Source of the DNA: a virus
Lineage: Duplodnaviria; Caudoviricetes
IMG/VR virus record: IMGVR_UViG_3300031998_000061
Coordinates: 6,976 to 70,975 of that record
DNA: 64,000 bases
Direction: 5' to 3' (one strand)
A model generated the notes under the pieces. That model was not told the origin of the DNA. It worked only from the letters and a program-made list of their open reading frames with translations, and ran no database searches. Made by a program: the position numbers and the translations under genes. Within the stretch, counting starts at the first letter, position 1; every line of letters begins with the position of its first letter. This document shows positions 46,701-55,184 of this stretch, piece by piece.

Positions 46701-49495
46701 GTTCTTGAAATCGGGCTTTCGCTTGCATCGTAATAACCGTTTCCGGCATACGCCCATTCAAAGAAACCGCTTATAAGGTCTTTACCGTCTTTCGTCTTGT
46801 ATTCACGTGTCCAGTCGGTAATAGGTGAGAGTGTGAAACCTTCCGATTTCTCAACCTCTACGCCGTTTTCGTCTGTTTCTTTCCAGACTTTAAGCAGACC
46901 TTTTTCTTCCGGCATTACCGCTTCGAGCAATGATTTCTTTATTTCAAATTGCGGGTCGTTCGGGTCAAGTTCCCTTAGTTTCTTACGTACATTGCCGCTT
47001 GCAAAGTTTACCTTGTTCACATAAATGCCGCCGTCCTTAACATAATGGTTCGATTTCTCTACATACGCTCTCTGTTCTGGATCAAGACGCGACATATCGA
47101 CATTACCGTATTTGTCGGTAACTCTCCAAATCTCAAGGTCTTTCGGGTCAATGCTCTTACCGTATTTTTTGTTAAACTCGTCCGCATTCATTAAATGTGC
47201 GTTAGGGTCTATCGGATAATCATGTTCGCCCTCTGCGTTTTTGTTGCCTTTCATGGCTTCGCTTCGGTTGCGTTTTGCAAGCTGTTCATCAGTAAACGGC
47301 ACTTCAACACTTTCGCCGCCGACATTTACGACAACGCCGCTTGCCTTGCGGTTCTTCATTGTATAGCCGATAACCTTGCCGATTCTGCCATCTTTCAGTT
47401 TTACCACATCGCCGAAAACAGTTTTTGAAGTAACTTCTTTCGGCTCTTCTTTTTCAACTGTAACAGCAACGTTTTCGGCGGCTTTTGCTATAGCTTTTTC
47501 AACTTCTGAACTGCCGACATTGATGTTTTCTACGGCACTTTCAAAAGTCTCGCCGTCTTTCGGCTTGATATATGTTTCTTCTCCGAAACGTCCGATTCTT
47601 GTAGAAACTTCTCCGGCTATATGGTCTGGATTTTCTGTAAAATAGTTTTTGAGCGCGTCTGTTGTCGTGCCTTTTCCCTTGCGGAATACGACAATATCCG
47701 TTCCTACATCCGTACTGTCAAAAGTTCCGTTAGGCAGTCTCCACGCTTCAAGCAATTCAGCTTTTTCAGCGATTTTCTCAAGGTCTTTTCCGTATGTACC
47801 GCCGCCGTTCAAAAAGCCGCTCGGCACTACCATTGCCATAATACCACCGTCTTTCAGTGTATCAAGAGTGCGCGACATAAAGTAAGTTTCGTAACGCTTA
47901 TAGTCTTTACCTTCTCCCATACCCTTATATTTGCCTGTGTAAGCACCATAAGGCGGATTTCCTACAGCTACATCGTACTTTTCAAAATCTTTTGTAAAGC
48001 GTCCTCTTTTCTGTTTCATGAAGTTTTCTTGAAACGCTCCCTGTACGATTTCTGCATCGGGATGCAGTAAGTGCGCGATTCTTGCAGATTCTTCTTCCAG
48101 TTCAAACATTGTGAACTTTTCGTTTCTTCCCTCTGCAAAGCGTCCTATACCGCTTGAAGGTTCAATAACGGTCTTATCCTGTCTCGGATTGTATTTATCG
48201 ACAATTTCCCAAACTTTAGAAATGACATTGCGCGGTGTATAGAATTCATAAAGAACGCCGCTGTTTGAGCTTCCTTCTTCGTCCGTTCCACCTGCACCGA
48301 CATACTGTGCAAGAATCTGCTTGTCTGCGTCTGTAATTTCTGAATCAGATTTTTTAAGAATCTCGCGGCACTGTTCGCGGATTTTACGCGCCTGTCCTTT
48401 TGTTATTCTTCCTCTTCCGGCGTTGACATCATCACCGTTTGATTCTGCAAGTCCTCTTCCAGGTTCATCAAGCAGCTGTACAGATTCACTTCCGTTATTT
48501 CCGCTCCCTGTGCCAGACACATTCTTATCGCCTGTTCCTTCGCTCCGTCCGCTCCGTAAGTTTTCAGCACCATCGGAAATTCCGTTTCTTCCAGTTTCAG
48601 TGTTATTTTTTCCATTTCTGTCTCCTATAACCTCATCGTATAATGTATTGAAAATATCAGACCTGTTATAGCCTGTTATTTGTTCGTTTGTTGTACCGCC
48701 GTATTTGTCAAGTTTTTGTCTGAACCAATCATCGCGCTTATACAGCTTGTCAAACAGAATTTGACGGTTCACAACTCCAAAGCTGTTGACCTGTTCGCTT
48801 ACCATGTTGCGCATTATCTCGTAGTCATTTTCCGGCATACCGAATTTCTTTGCATTCTGGTTGCCCATCATTGCTTGTGAACGGTTTTCATGCGCTTCGG
48901 CTTCGCTTTCTTTATCATCAGTGAAAACGCCGTCTTTTGCTGCCTGTTTTTCAGCTTCTTTGCTTTCAATAGCTGCAACTCTCTGACCTTCAACGCTGTA
49001 AATGCTCCAAACTTTGCGCATTAAAGAGCGGTTTACTACCATCTTGTCAGATTCTTTTTTCTTTTCCGCCGGATTCTTTGCTACACCTTCTGCGTATACA
49101 CGTTCTTTTACTTCTTTCTGCGTTTCCGGCTTTTTGTATTGCTCGCGCTTTTCTTTGTTTGAAAAATACTTATCCCAACTCATCTTATGCGTAAAATATT
49201 CAAGCACATGCGCGGCAAAAGTCTGCTTGTCAGCTCCGTATTCTTTTTGAATGTTGTGTTTTGAATAATCATCTTCTATACGCTTACGTTTGATAGCGAA
49301 TGTTTCAAGTAACACCGCAAACGGATTTCTAAAACTTGTTTTCGATTCATCATTTCTCTTGTAAACCGTTTTTTTGTGTCCGTTCTTGTCGATTATTACT
49401 TCTTTGTGTAATTTGGACGTGTCTTTAAAAGATTTCGCTATGAAACCCCATTCTTTACGCGCCCTGTACCTCTCTAAAAATCCTATCTTTGCCAT
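43754..49495 (-). CDS. DarB-like N6-adenine methyltransferase plus SNF2 helicase
   Basis: IEPSSGIGRF and GNPPYG (MTase); AYDVGVGKT, DEVH, SATP, QQLWGRGWRQGN (helicase). Confidence 0.9.
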   Translation of the reverse strand: MAKIGFLERYRARKEWGFIAKSFKDTSKLHKEVIIDKNGHKKTVYKRNDESKTSFRNPFAVLLETFAIKRKRIEDDYSKHNIQKEYGADKQTFAAHVLEYFTHKMSWDKYFSNKEKREQYKKPETQKEVKERVYAEGVAKNPAEKKKESDKMVVNRSLMRKVWSIYSVEGQRVAAIESKEAEKQAAKDGVFTDDKESEAEAHENRSQAMMGNQNAKKFGMPENDYEIMRNMVSEQVNSFGVVNRQILFDKLYKRDDWFRQKLDKYGGTTNEQITGYNRSDIFNTLYDEVIGDRNGKNNTETGRNGISDGAENLRSGRSEGTGDKNVSGTGSGNNGSESVQLLDEPGRGLAESNGDDVNAGRGRITKGQARKIREQCREILKKSDSEITDADKQILAQYVGAGGTDEEGSSNSGVLYEFYTPRNVISKVWEIVDKYNPRQDKTVIEPSSGIGRFAEGRNEKFTMFELEEESARIAHLLHPDAEIVQGAFQENFMKQKRGRFTKDFEKYDVAVGNPPYGAYTGKYKGMGEGKDYKRYETYFMSRTLDTLKDGGIMAMVVPSGFLNGGGTYGKDLEKIAEKAELLEAWRLPNGTFDSTDVGTDIVVFRKGKGTTTDALKNYFTENPDHIAGEVSTRIGRFGEETYIKPKDGETFESAVENINVGSSEVEKAIAKAAENVAVTVEKEEPKEVTSKTVFGDVVKLKDGRIGKVIGYTMKNRKASGVVVNVGGESVEVPFTDEQLAKRNRSEAMKGNKNAEGEHDYPIDPNAHLMNADEFNKKYGKSIDPKDLEIWRVTDKYGNVDMSRLDPEQRAYVEKSNHYVKDGGIYVNKVNFASGNVRKKLRELDPNDPQFEIKKSLLEAVMPEEKGLLKVWKETDENGVEVEKSEGFTLSPITDWTREYKTKDGKDLISGFFEWAYAGNGYYDASESPISRTEIPAELSFNDIKAFINKEALRLDRGEAGTDDKKGQTRYRERKKQLRRDTAIKLFNRYLSEGLSIEDQKDLIEAWNDKANSFVNPDYSQIPLFVDNMSTHKGKKEFNLLPQQLKGISMLCNKGTGLLAYDVGVGKTACGIVATVNQIQTGRSKRPLICVPKPVYKNWIKSIHQLFPDIKVNELGNFSKDYWNDGMKIEDGSISVCTYEGLENIGFNEAEEAEIQDDVEFGAMMSTGEKSKRQRASESEKAAETVGGMTKTRDEGVQFSDLGFDHITVDEVHNFRNLFKMPKHMNKKGESEQGESNEFDGLGSGGDPSNRAMKLFAITQLIQRHNDGRNTFLLSATPFQNSPTEVYSILSYMARDKLKEMGYYSLEQFISNFCKVQREYVVKANRVTEAPVVKGFENLTELQGLLTNYMDKVDGEEAGVVRPYKRMHAPELELTELQNAIMDECSAYIEEQEGLPKDKRDDGYMFRAMNAMRNCALSPALVDSSFIPDGYEVPPMSEIVESSPKLKFICDSIVAQYKKEPKNGQIMYMPLGVEQHPQVKNYLIKHGIPKEAIEIMPKGSTGKLLDRREEIKNDFNDVDGKCKVIIGGQDIKEGVTLNGNTTAIYCAQLEWNPTDVQQLWGRGWRQGNHQGIVHCVTPLMHDSLDPMIYQKHDEKSSRTDDLYSYKGDLMNSNDVNPEELKFALIKDPNKRADLQVMEFTEKNKSDQKMYAQLIDVMHKQIDVAFKSDETIAEEAKNGVNWRFEGVEAEEKKINERKENINAIKEMLAKFKKDFKGKEDSYNHNDRENLKKYDVAGITIAWNYFDGKKGYEEAIADMERGIANNEDKAAESKNLIKQYNNNFKKLNDTRKSCKKYLESKGLKTKEDCEQKIQDYVKLMEEARDNVDKAKSMRDQFYVEAVAYNEANKKNLLTVDELVKQNVDNIMNDLHPMDDEWKEKIKAENDKRFGRGNVSKSWCYFDKNGRFYLRKSAFYS

Positions 49496-49510
49496 ATATA
49501 CCTCCCAGTG

Positions 49511-51775
49511 TTATTTCAGATTTAATCTTTTTCCGTGCCATTTCTTAGAAAGCACTTTTTCTTTGAATACATCAAACGGAACAGTATCAACACCGCCAAA
49601 GAATCCGGGCTTATCATACTGTCTTAAATAAGCTGCTTTAGCGTCTGCAAGCGTATCAAAGCCAAGCATACATTTATCTTCATCATATTTATCAGTTCCT
49701 GGTATTTTCTGATGAATTATGTAAACGTTCTTTGCGTCTTCATTGCCGCCTAAATAACAGTCTACGTGATCGCCGTCAACACCTTCTGTACCGCGTATAT
49801 ATCCGTAGTCATAGTGCATTGTGATTGCCCATTCGTGACCGTCTGAATCAGTGCCGCGTCTTATGCTGCCTTTTTTGTTTTCAATGCTGATATTCAAGCC
49901 GTTAAAGGTAGTGCGTCCTTGCAGCTTGTGACCGCTCCATGTAAGGGATTTTTCTGTTATTTCAGTATTAAGAATATATGCAACTTTTTTTCGCAAATCT
50001 CTTTTATCTTCTTTTTTGCATTTGCTTATTACCTTTGCTGATAATTTGTCATTTTTACCGATTTCAAATTTTACCAGTTTTTCATCTTGCCAATCTCCAC
50101 CACAAGAGATAACAAAATAAGTATCAGCAAGTTCAAAAAGTTCACAGTTTTCTAAATCTTGTCCTTCTGGAAAACCTTCAACTTGATATACTTTACGAGG
50201 TATTAGATGAAAATCGTCGCTTTTATCGTTTAAGAGTTTCAGCATTTCTTTCTGTAATTCTGGAGATAAACGTCTTTGCCATAACGAAAAAAGCTTCTCT
50301 TTTATAGTCCGTTGCCCCAAAAATTCTTCACCTCTTTTTCTTAATTCACTTTCAGAAAAATAATGCCGTGCATGATTGTCTTTTTCTCCATCAAGAGATT
50401 TTTGAACATCTTCGCTGTTAAAGATTGCTTGTATTCTGTCTGTAAAGCCTTTTGTGGAATCATCGGGATTCTTTACGCCTTTTTCTTCAAACTCTTTTGT
50501 TGCCTGTTTTACGGCGTTATTCCACTTCTTAGCGCGGTTGCTGTTTTCAGCAATCAGAGCGTCAATGTGTGCATCGCTTTCGTCGTATCGTTCCCAAGTG
50601 CCTCTGCACCACGGATGAAAGCAGCCGATAGCAACTGTATGCTCTTTGCCGTTCCATTCTTTACCTTCCCAAAGCACATAATCAGCTATAGGGTCTTTTG
50701 CAATATCACTCTGTAACGGCTTGTCACTCCATACCGCTATTTTGCCGTTCATCTGTCTGCAAAATGGGCAAGTGTTGCCGTCAATTATCTCGATTCGTCT
50801 GAAATATGTTTTCTTGTTTTCCGGCGTATTCTGGACTTCTTCTCTAATAAATGAATTGTTGAAAGCGTTCTGAACCTCTGTGTCTGCAAGCCGTTGATAA
50901 TCGCGGTTATCGCCTACCATTTTATCAAACAAATCTTGCGACACCTGCGATTTGCTTTTTTTAGCTCTTACGCCGTCAATAAGAACCTGCTGAATTTCGC
51001 CTCTTACCTTTTCGGTAACATTCTGAACTTTGACGGCGGCAGACTGCTGATATATTTCAATTCGTGCCTGTTCCTGTCGTGTCAGTTCTTCACCGAAAAC
51101 ATCTTTCATGTTCTTAATGTCTTTGCTTATCCAGTCAAAAGATTTTCCGTGATATGCAGTATCTTCAAGCCGTAATTTTTTTACAGCTTCCAAAGTATTG
51201 TATTTCAGCATCCTGTTAAGGATTTTCGCAAGACATTGTGACTGCAGCACGATTCTTTCAGCCGGATTATCATTGTTACGGTTAAGGAACTTTTCAAGGT
51301 TTTTAAGAAACTTTTCCCAATCGGCTTTTTTAATCGGCTCGCCGGTAGAAGGTGAGTAAAGAATCTTGCCTTTATATGTGAGATTTTCGGCTTTTGACAT
51401 TACGGTTTTCTTTGGCAAATCACAGTATTCCGTAACGAAATCATAAATATTCTGAATGTAATTTGAAAAATAATCACACCATTTGTCGGTTAAATCTTCT
51501 TGCGCCTTATAGAAAAAAACTTCACCTTTTGCAGCTTTACCAGGCAAGCGCAAGCTCATAGACATTGTACGCAATGCCTTTTCAACTCTTGCCGGTTCAT
51601 TGTTTTTAAGGCTTATCTTAATATCCGGCAATCTTGACGTATTATCAGCCGGAACATATTCAGGTGTAAGACCGTTAAGGCATTTTGCAAGCTGTTCAAA
51701 TTTCTGCTGCCGGTTTCCCTCTGTTATATCCTTTATCTCGATGTTAATTTTCTTATTGATAACGTTTCCAGACAT
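49511..51775 (-). CDS. MuF-like head morphogenesis protein fused to an unknown domain and an inorganic pyrophosphatase-like domain
   Basis: DYQRLADTE...TCPFC...CFHPWCRG (MuF); ISIENKKGSIRRG...DYGYIRGTEGVDGDHVD...DEDKCMLGF (InPase). Confidence 0.85.
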   Translation of the reverse strand: MSGNVINKKINIEIKDITEGNRQQKFEQLAKCLNGLTPEYVPADNTSRLPDIKISLKNNEPARVEKALRTMSMSLRLPGKAAKGEVFFYKAQEDLTDKWCDYFSNYIQNIYDFVTEYCDLPKKTVMSKAENLTYKGKILYSPSTGEPIKKADWEKFLKNLEKFLNRNNDNPAERIVLQSQCLAKILNRMLKYNTLEAVKKLRLEDTAYHGKSFDWISKDIKNMKDVFGEELTRQEQARIEIYQQSAAVKVQNVTEKVRGEIQQVLIDGVRAKKSKSQVSQDLFDKMVGDNRDYQRLADTEVQNAFNNSFIREEVQNTPENKKTYFRRIEIIDGNTCPFCRQMNGKIAVWSDKPLQSDIAKDPIADYVLWEGKEWNGKEHTVAIGCFHPWCRGTWERYDESDAHIDALIAENSNRAKKWNNAVKQATKEFEEKGVKNPDDSTKGFTDRIQAIFNSEDVQKSLDGEKDNHARHYFSESELRKRGEEFLGQRTIKEKLFSLWQRRLSPELQKEMLKLLNDKSDDFHLIPRKVYQVEGFPEGQDLENCELFELADTYFVISCGGDWQDEKLVKFEIGKNDKLSAKVISKCKKEDKRDLRKKVAYILNTEITEKSLTWSGHKLQGRTTFNGLNISIENKKGSIRRGTDSDGHEWAITMHYDYGYIRGTEGVDGDHVDCYLGGNEDAKNVYIIHQKIPGTDKYDEDKCMLGFDTLADAKAAYLRQYDKPGFFGGVDTVPFDVFKEKVLSKKWHGKRLNLK

Positions 51776-51784
51776 AACACCCTC

Positions 51785-53413
51785 TTAAAAGCTAAAATTC
51801 AATGACTTTCCGATTTCGGTTGTTTCGGGCTTTTCTTCTTCGTTACCGCCGCCGACACCTTCCCATGCGTTATCATCTATCTCGCTTTCAGCTTCTTCAC
51901 CTGTAGGCTCTTCTTCTTCTCCAAAATCGCCGTTTCCTTCCAGTGTTTCTTCTTCCGCACCTTCTATGTCTTCCATGCCGCCGCCGTCCATCTGTGATGA
52001 TTGATACATCTGCACAAGCTGCGGATTTGCCGGGCACTTATCCGCCCAATCAGCGTCAATGGGTTTCAAGCCTTTTTCCTTGCGCACTTCATTCAGCGTC
52101 TTGTATGATTCAAGCTCGCCTTTTGTAAGGTCAAGAATCTGCTTCGGGTCGTCTCTTTCGTAACCGACAAACTCAATTTCATAGCCCGGAAACGCTTTTT
52201 CTACGATCTGATTGATATACTGCTGCATATAAGAAAGCATATCGCCCAAAATAAGCGATTTTGACGCTTCTATTTCCGGCGTTGTATTGCGTTCAAACAT
52301 TGCCTGTGATTTTGAGCTATGCAGTCCTAATTCTTCCATGCTGCAACCGAAAAGCGAAACGATTGCACTTGTAAGGAAATCTAACCAGTTCTGGAATTCC
52401 ATTTCCTTGTTAGTTCCAGTAAGAGAAATCCATTTAATTGAATTCGCTTCTCCGTCTTTTCCGTTTCCAGCCGGAATAATAGGAACTCTCCACTGGTTAG
52501 TAACTGAACCGCTCATGATGTCGGCTATATAGTCTTCCATCTGTTCAACGGTCTCTTGATTGGCGTTTCCGTCAAGCAAAAGCATACCGCGCGGCAATTT
52601 GTTTTCTGTGAAGAATCCGGCATTGTATGTGAATGCGTTAATGCAGCTTGTTATAAGGTCTATAGCCTGTTCCACGGCTGAATAACCGTAGAATGAGAAA
52701 TTTACATCAGTTCTAGGGTTTTGATAGTCGAAAATCAACGTTCCTTCTGGATAGTATGCAGTAGGAATAGCGTTGATAATCTGAACATGCTTGATATTGT
52801 ACGGATTGTCTTGATTAGGCAAAACCTTTTCAATAGTTGCTCCATCTACAGCCCAAAACGCATAAGGCTTTCCGGCGCGTGTATATCCTATTTCTGTAGC
52901 GTTCTGGTCAATCTCAAGAGCATCGCGGACAAACTTCAAGCCCCATCTTGTGAAATTATCCCTGTCGTAGCTTTTTTCCGTGCCGGTGTTCAAAAGGAAA
53001 CGTTCAATTTCTTCGCGCTCTTTTGATTTTTGTCCGGCTGCTTTGATAACATCTTCACCGATTTTCTTGACTACAAAACCGCGTATATTTCTATTGGTTG
53101 ACGGCTTTAAGAATGGTTTGATTTTCTTCTGGACGTTCAAAATACAAAGATTGATTATCCATGCTTTTTTAGAGACACGGCGCAAGGTCTTGCAGTCAAC
53201 TTCTCTGTTAATATGTCCGTCTGCTGTCTTTAAGTTGCCGTAAAGATTGTTTGTGACTGTCCATTCGTCAAAGAATGATGATTGAGCACCGTCTTGTTTT
53301 GGGTGAAAGTAGCCGGAATTCTGGAATCTTCTTGCAGTCCGATTCATGCGCTCAATTTCGTTTTTAATGTCTATTGGTGTTGGTTGAGCGGGTAGGAGTT
53401 TATTATTATTCAT
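51785..53413 (-). CDS. Portal protein
   Basis: FWAVDGATI, NAFTYNAGFFTENKLPRGML, EMEFQNWL. Confidence 0.9.
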   Translation of the reverse strand: MNNNKLLPAQPTPIDIKNEIERMNRTARRFQNSGYFHPKQDGAQSSFFDEWTVTNNLYGNLKTADGHINREVDCKTLRRVSKKAWIINLCILNVQKKIKPFLKPSTNRNIRGFVVKKIGEDVIKAAGQKSKEREEIERFLLNTGTEKSYDRDNFTRWGLKFVRDALEIDQNATEIGYTRAGKPYAFWAVDGATIEKVLPNQDNPYNIKHVQIINAIPTAYYPEGTLIFDYQNPRTDVNFSFYGYSAVEQAIDLITSCINAFTYNAGFFTENKLPRGMLLLDGNANQETVEQMEDYIADIMSGSVTNQWRVPIIPAGNGKDGEANSIKWISLTGTNKEMEFQNWLDFLTSAIVSLFGCSMEELGLHSSKSQAMFERNTTPEIEASKSLILGDMLSYMQQYINQIVEKAFPGYEIEFVGYERDDPKQILDLTKGELESYKTLNEVRKEKGLKPIDADWADKCPANPQLVQMYQSSQMDGGGMEDIEGAEEETLEGNGDFGEEEEPTGEEAESEIDDNAWEGVGGGNEEEKPETTEIGKSLNFSF

Positions 53414-55013
53414 TTCGAACCTTCCTTAACACTGAATTCAGTGATTTTCCTCTTGTTCTAGCGGTCAAGCTCTGGGAAATAACAGGTTCTTTTTCTAAAC
53501 TCTCTGATAATTTTACACCGTTCTGTGTTTTTTTTCTATGATAAGCCGAATAAAAATTCTCTTCGATTTGCGGCGCACTTGCTGCATGGTTTGCCAAAGC
53601 CCAAGCCCAAAAGCTGTCTGCGTGTCCTTTTTCGTTTCTTTCCGCGTCATATCGGAAACTGCCGCCGCTTGACGGCATACGCTTAATTGAATGTATTTGC
53701 GCGTGAAAATCCCTGTCGTTTTCAAGCTCGAATTCGTTCTTCTCAAGCCCGAATTTAACGCCCATTGCAAGCACTTCTTTTGATTGCAGTGTAAAGGTGA
53801 TACCTTCGATTCTGTCTCCGAATTCATTATGCAGGTCTTCATGAATCGGCGCACCCATACCTGTACAGTCTATGCAGCCGCGGTAAATAGGCAGAGAATT
53901 CATAAGTTTTCGTACTGTATCTTTCTGCTCCGTAAAAGATACCGATGTTTTCTCTAGCCGCATTACGGCGCGTTTTTTGCCGTCCTTTTTTCCCAATATG
54001 TAAATGGCGGCAGCATCCCTGTTTTTTGAAACATCGTAACCCAAAAAGAGCGGCGTTCCGTGCTTTTGCGGATTGTAGTTTGCAATTAAAGAATCTGCAT
54101 CTGAAAAACTTTTTATTTCAAAATCATAACTGGAATATTCTTCATCGTTCATATCATCGGGCAATGTGTCGCTTTCACGTCTTCCAGGTGTGTTTGCATA
54201 AATCAGATCCAGTGAAATATAACTTGCCGCGCTATCTATAAACGTGCATTCACATTCCTGTTGAAAGTCTTCAAGAGTTGTATTGTGATAAAGGTCTAGC
54301 AGCTTGTCAGTGCCGAATTTCTCCACACGTTCCTGTGTGGTCATATCTTTTGCAAACTTTACAGCCGCCGCTACGTCATTGCACATTACTTTTGCATACC
54401 ACCACGGCACAAAATAGCGGTCATATCCGGGATAGTTCTTCTTATCCGTGCATATTTCGTAAAACTTACCGATAGTTCCTAAAGGCGTGCTTCCAACTTC
54501 AATACAGCCGTGTCGCAAAGTACAAAATGAAGCTGCCGTATATACTTCTTTTGCTAATCGGGGAGTGTAAATTCCGTATTCGTCAAGGCAGATGTCGCCA
54601 TTGCGCCCGCGTGGCTGACGGCATGGCAAGCTGATTAAACGGCTTGTAGTATTTGATTCACAATCTTTGAATTCAAGCATCGTTGTTGTTGCATGAACGA
54701 GCTTCTTTTTGTGTTTTTTCGGAATTGATTCATAAAATTCTTTTGCGTATCGTATCTTTTCTTGCGCGTCTTCCATGTTGTATGAAATGAACTGCTTTGT
54801 ATAATCAAACCTTGCAGGATCAAGAGCTTTTACAAGCCCTTTCATTGCGACAATAAAAGAAAAGCCTGTCTGTCTGCTTTTTAACAGGCAGATATAGCGG
54901 TTGCGGTTAAGAATAAAATCATCTTGCCAAAAATCTAGTGTTATCGGTTCTCCATGATAGCGCATGAACGCATAGGCATAATTCAGCTTTTCTTCTGGTG
55001 TCCAAAGTCTCAT
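53406..55013 (-). CDS. Terminase large subunit (Terminase_6/Mu gp28-like)
   Basis: KSRQTGFS, ICLDEYG, GSTP, GYDVSKNRD, GHADSFWAWALA. Confidence 0.92.
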   Translation of the reverse strand: MRLWTPEEKLNYAYAFMRYHGEPITLDFWQDDFILNRNRYICLLKSRQTGFSFIVAMKGLVKALDPARFDYTKQFISYNMEDAQEKIRYAKEFYESIPKKHKKKLVHATTTMLEFKDCESNTTSRLISLPCRQPRGRNGDICLDEYGIYTPRLAKEVYTAASFCTLRHGCIEVGSTPLGTIGKFYEICTDKKNYPGYDRYFVPWWYAKVMCNDVAAAVKFAKDMTTQERVEKFGTDKLLDLYHNTTLEDFQQECECTFIDSAASYISLDLIYANTPGRRESDTLPDDMNDEEYSSYDFEIKSFSDADSLIANYNPQKHGTPLFLGYDVSKNRDAAAIYILGKKDGKKRAVMRLEKTSVSFTEQKDTVRKLMNSLPIYRGCIDCTGMGAPIHEDLHNEFGDRIEGITFTLQSKEVLAMGVKFGLEKNEFELENDRDFHAQIHSIKRMPSSGGSFRYDAERNEKGHADSFWAWALANHAASAPQIEENFYSAYHRKKTQNGVKLSESLEKEPVISQSLTARTRGKSLNSVLRKVRNE

Positions 55014-55180
55014 TTTCTTTCTGCCTTTCGCTTTTCAAAAAACTCTTGAACAATCATCTTAGTCGCTTTTTTTGCGGAATTATTTCCGTGGTCAATAGCA
55101 TAATGCTTTATAAGACAGTAAAGCTCCGTATCAACTTTTATCGTAATTGAATGTTCTTCATAGTCAAAAGGATTATTCAT
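55010..55180 (-). CDS. 56-aa ribbon-helix-helix-like protein between the terminase genes (not in the ORF track)
   Basis: MNNPFDYEEHSITIKVDTELYCLIKHYAIDHGNNSAKKATKMIVQEFFEKRKAERK; ATGA coupling to the large terminase. Confidence 0.6.
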   Translation of the reverse strand: MNNPFDYEEHSITIKVDTELYCLIKHYAIDHGNNSAKKATKMIVQEFFEKRKAERK

Positions 55181-55184
55181 ATTA

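Noticed and set aside
40767-48880. Numerous plus-strand ORFs opposite the large genes (and similar ones throughout the window)
   Set aside because: Antisense shadows with no SD, motifs or operon logic
43754-55013. Inteins or introns in the helicase, portal or terminase
   Set aside because: Motif spacing and lengths look ordinary; no C/S...HN splice motifs or LAGLIDADG blocks noticed
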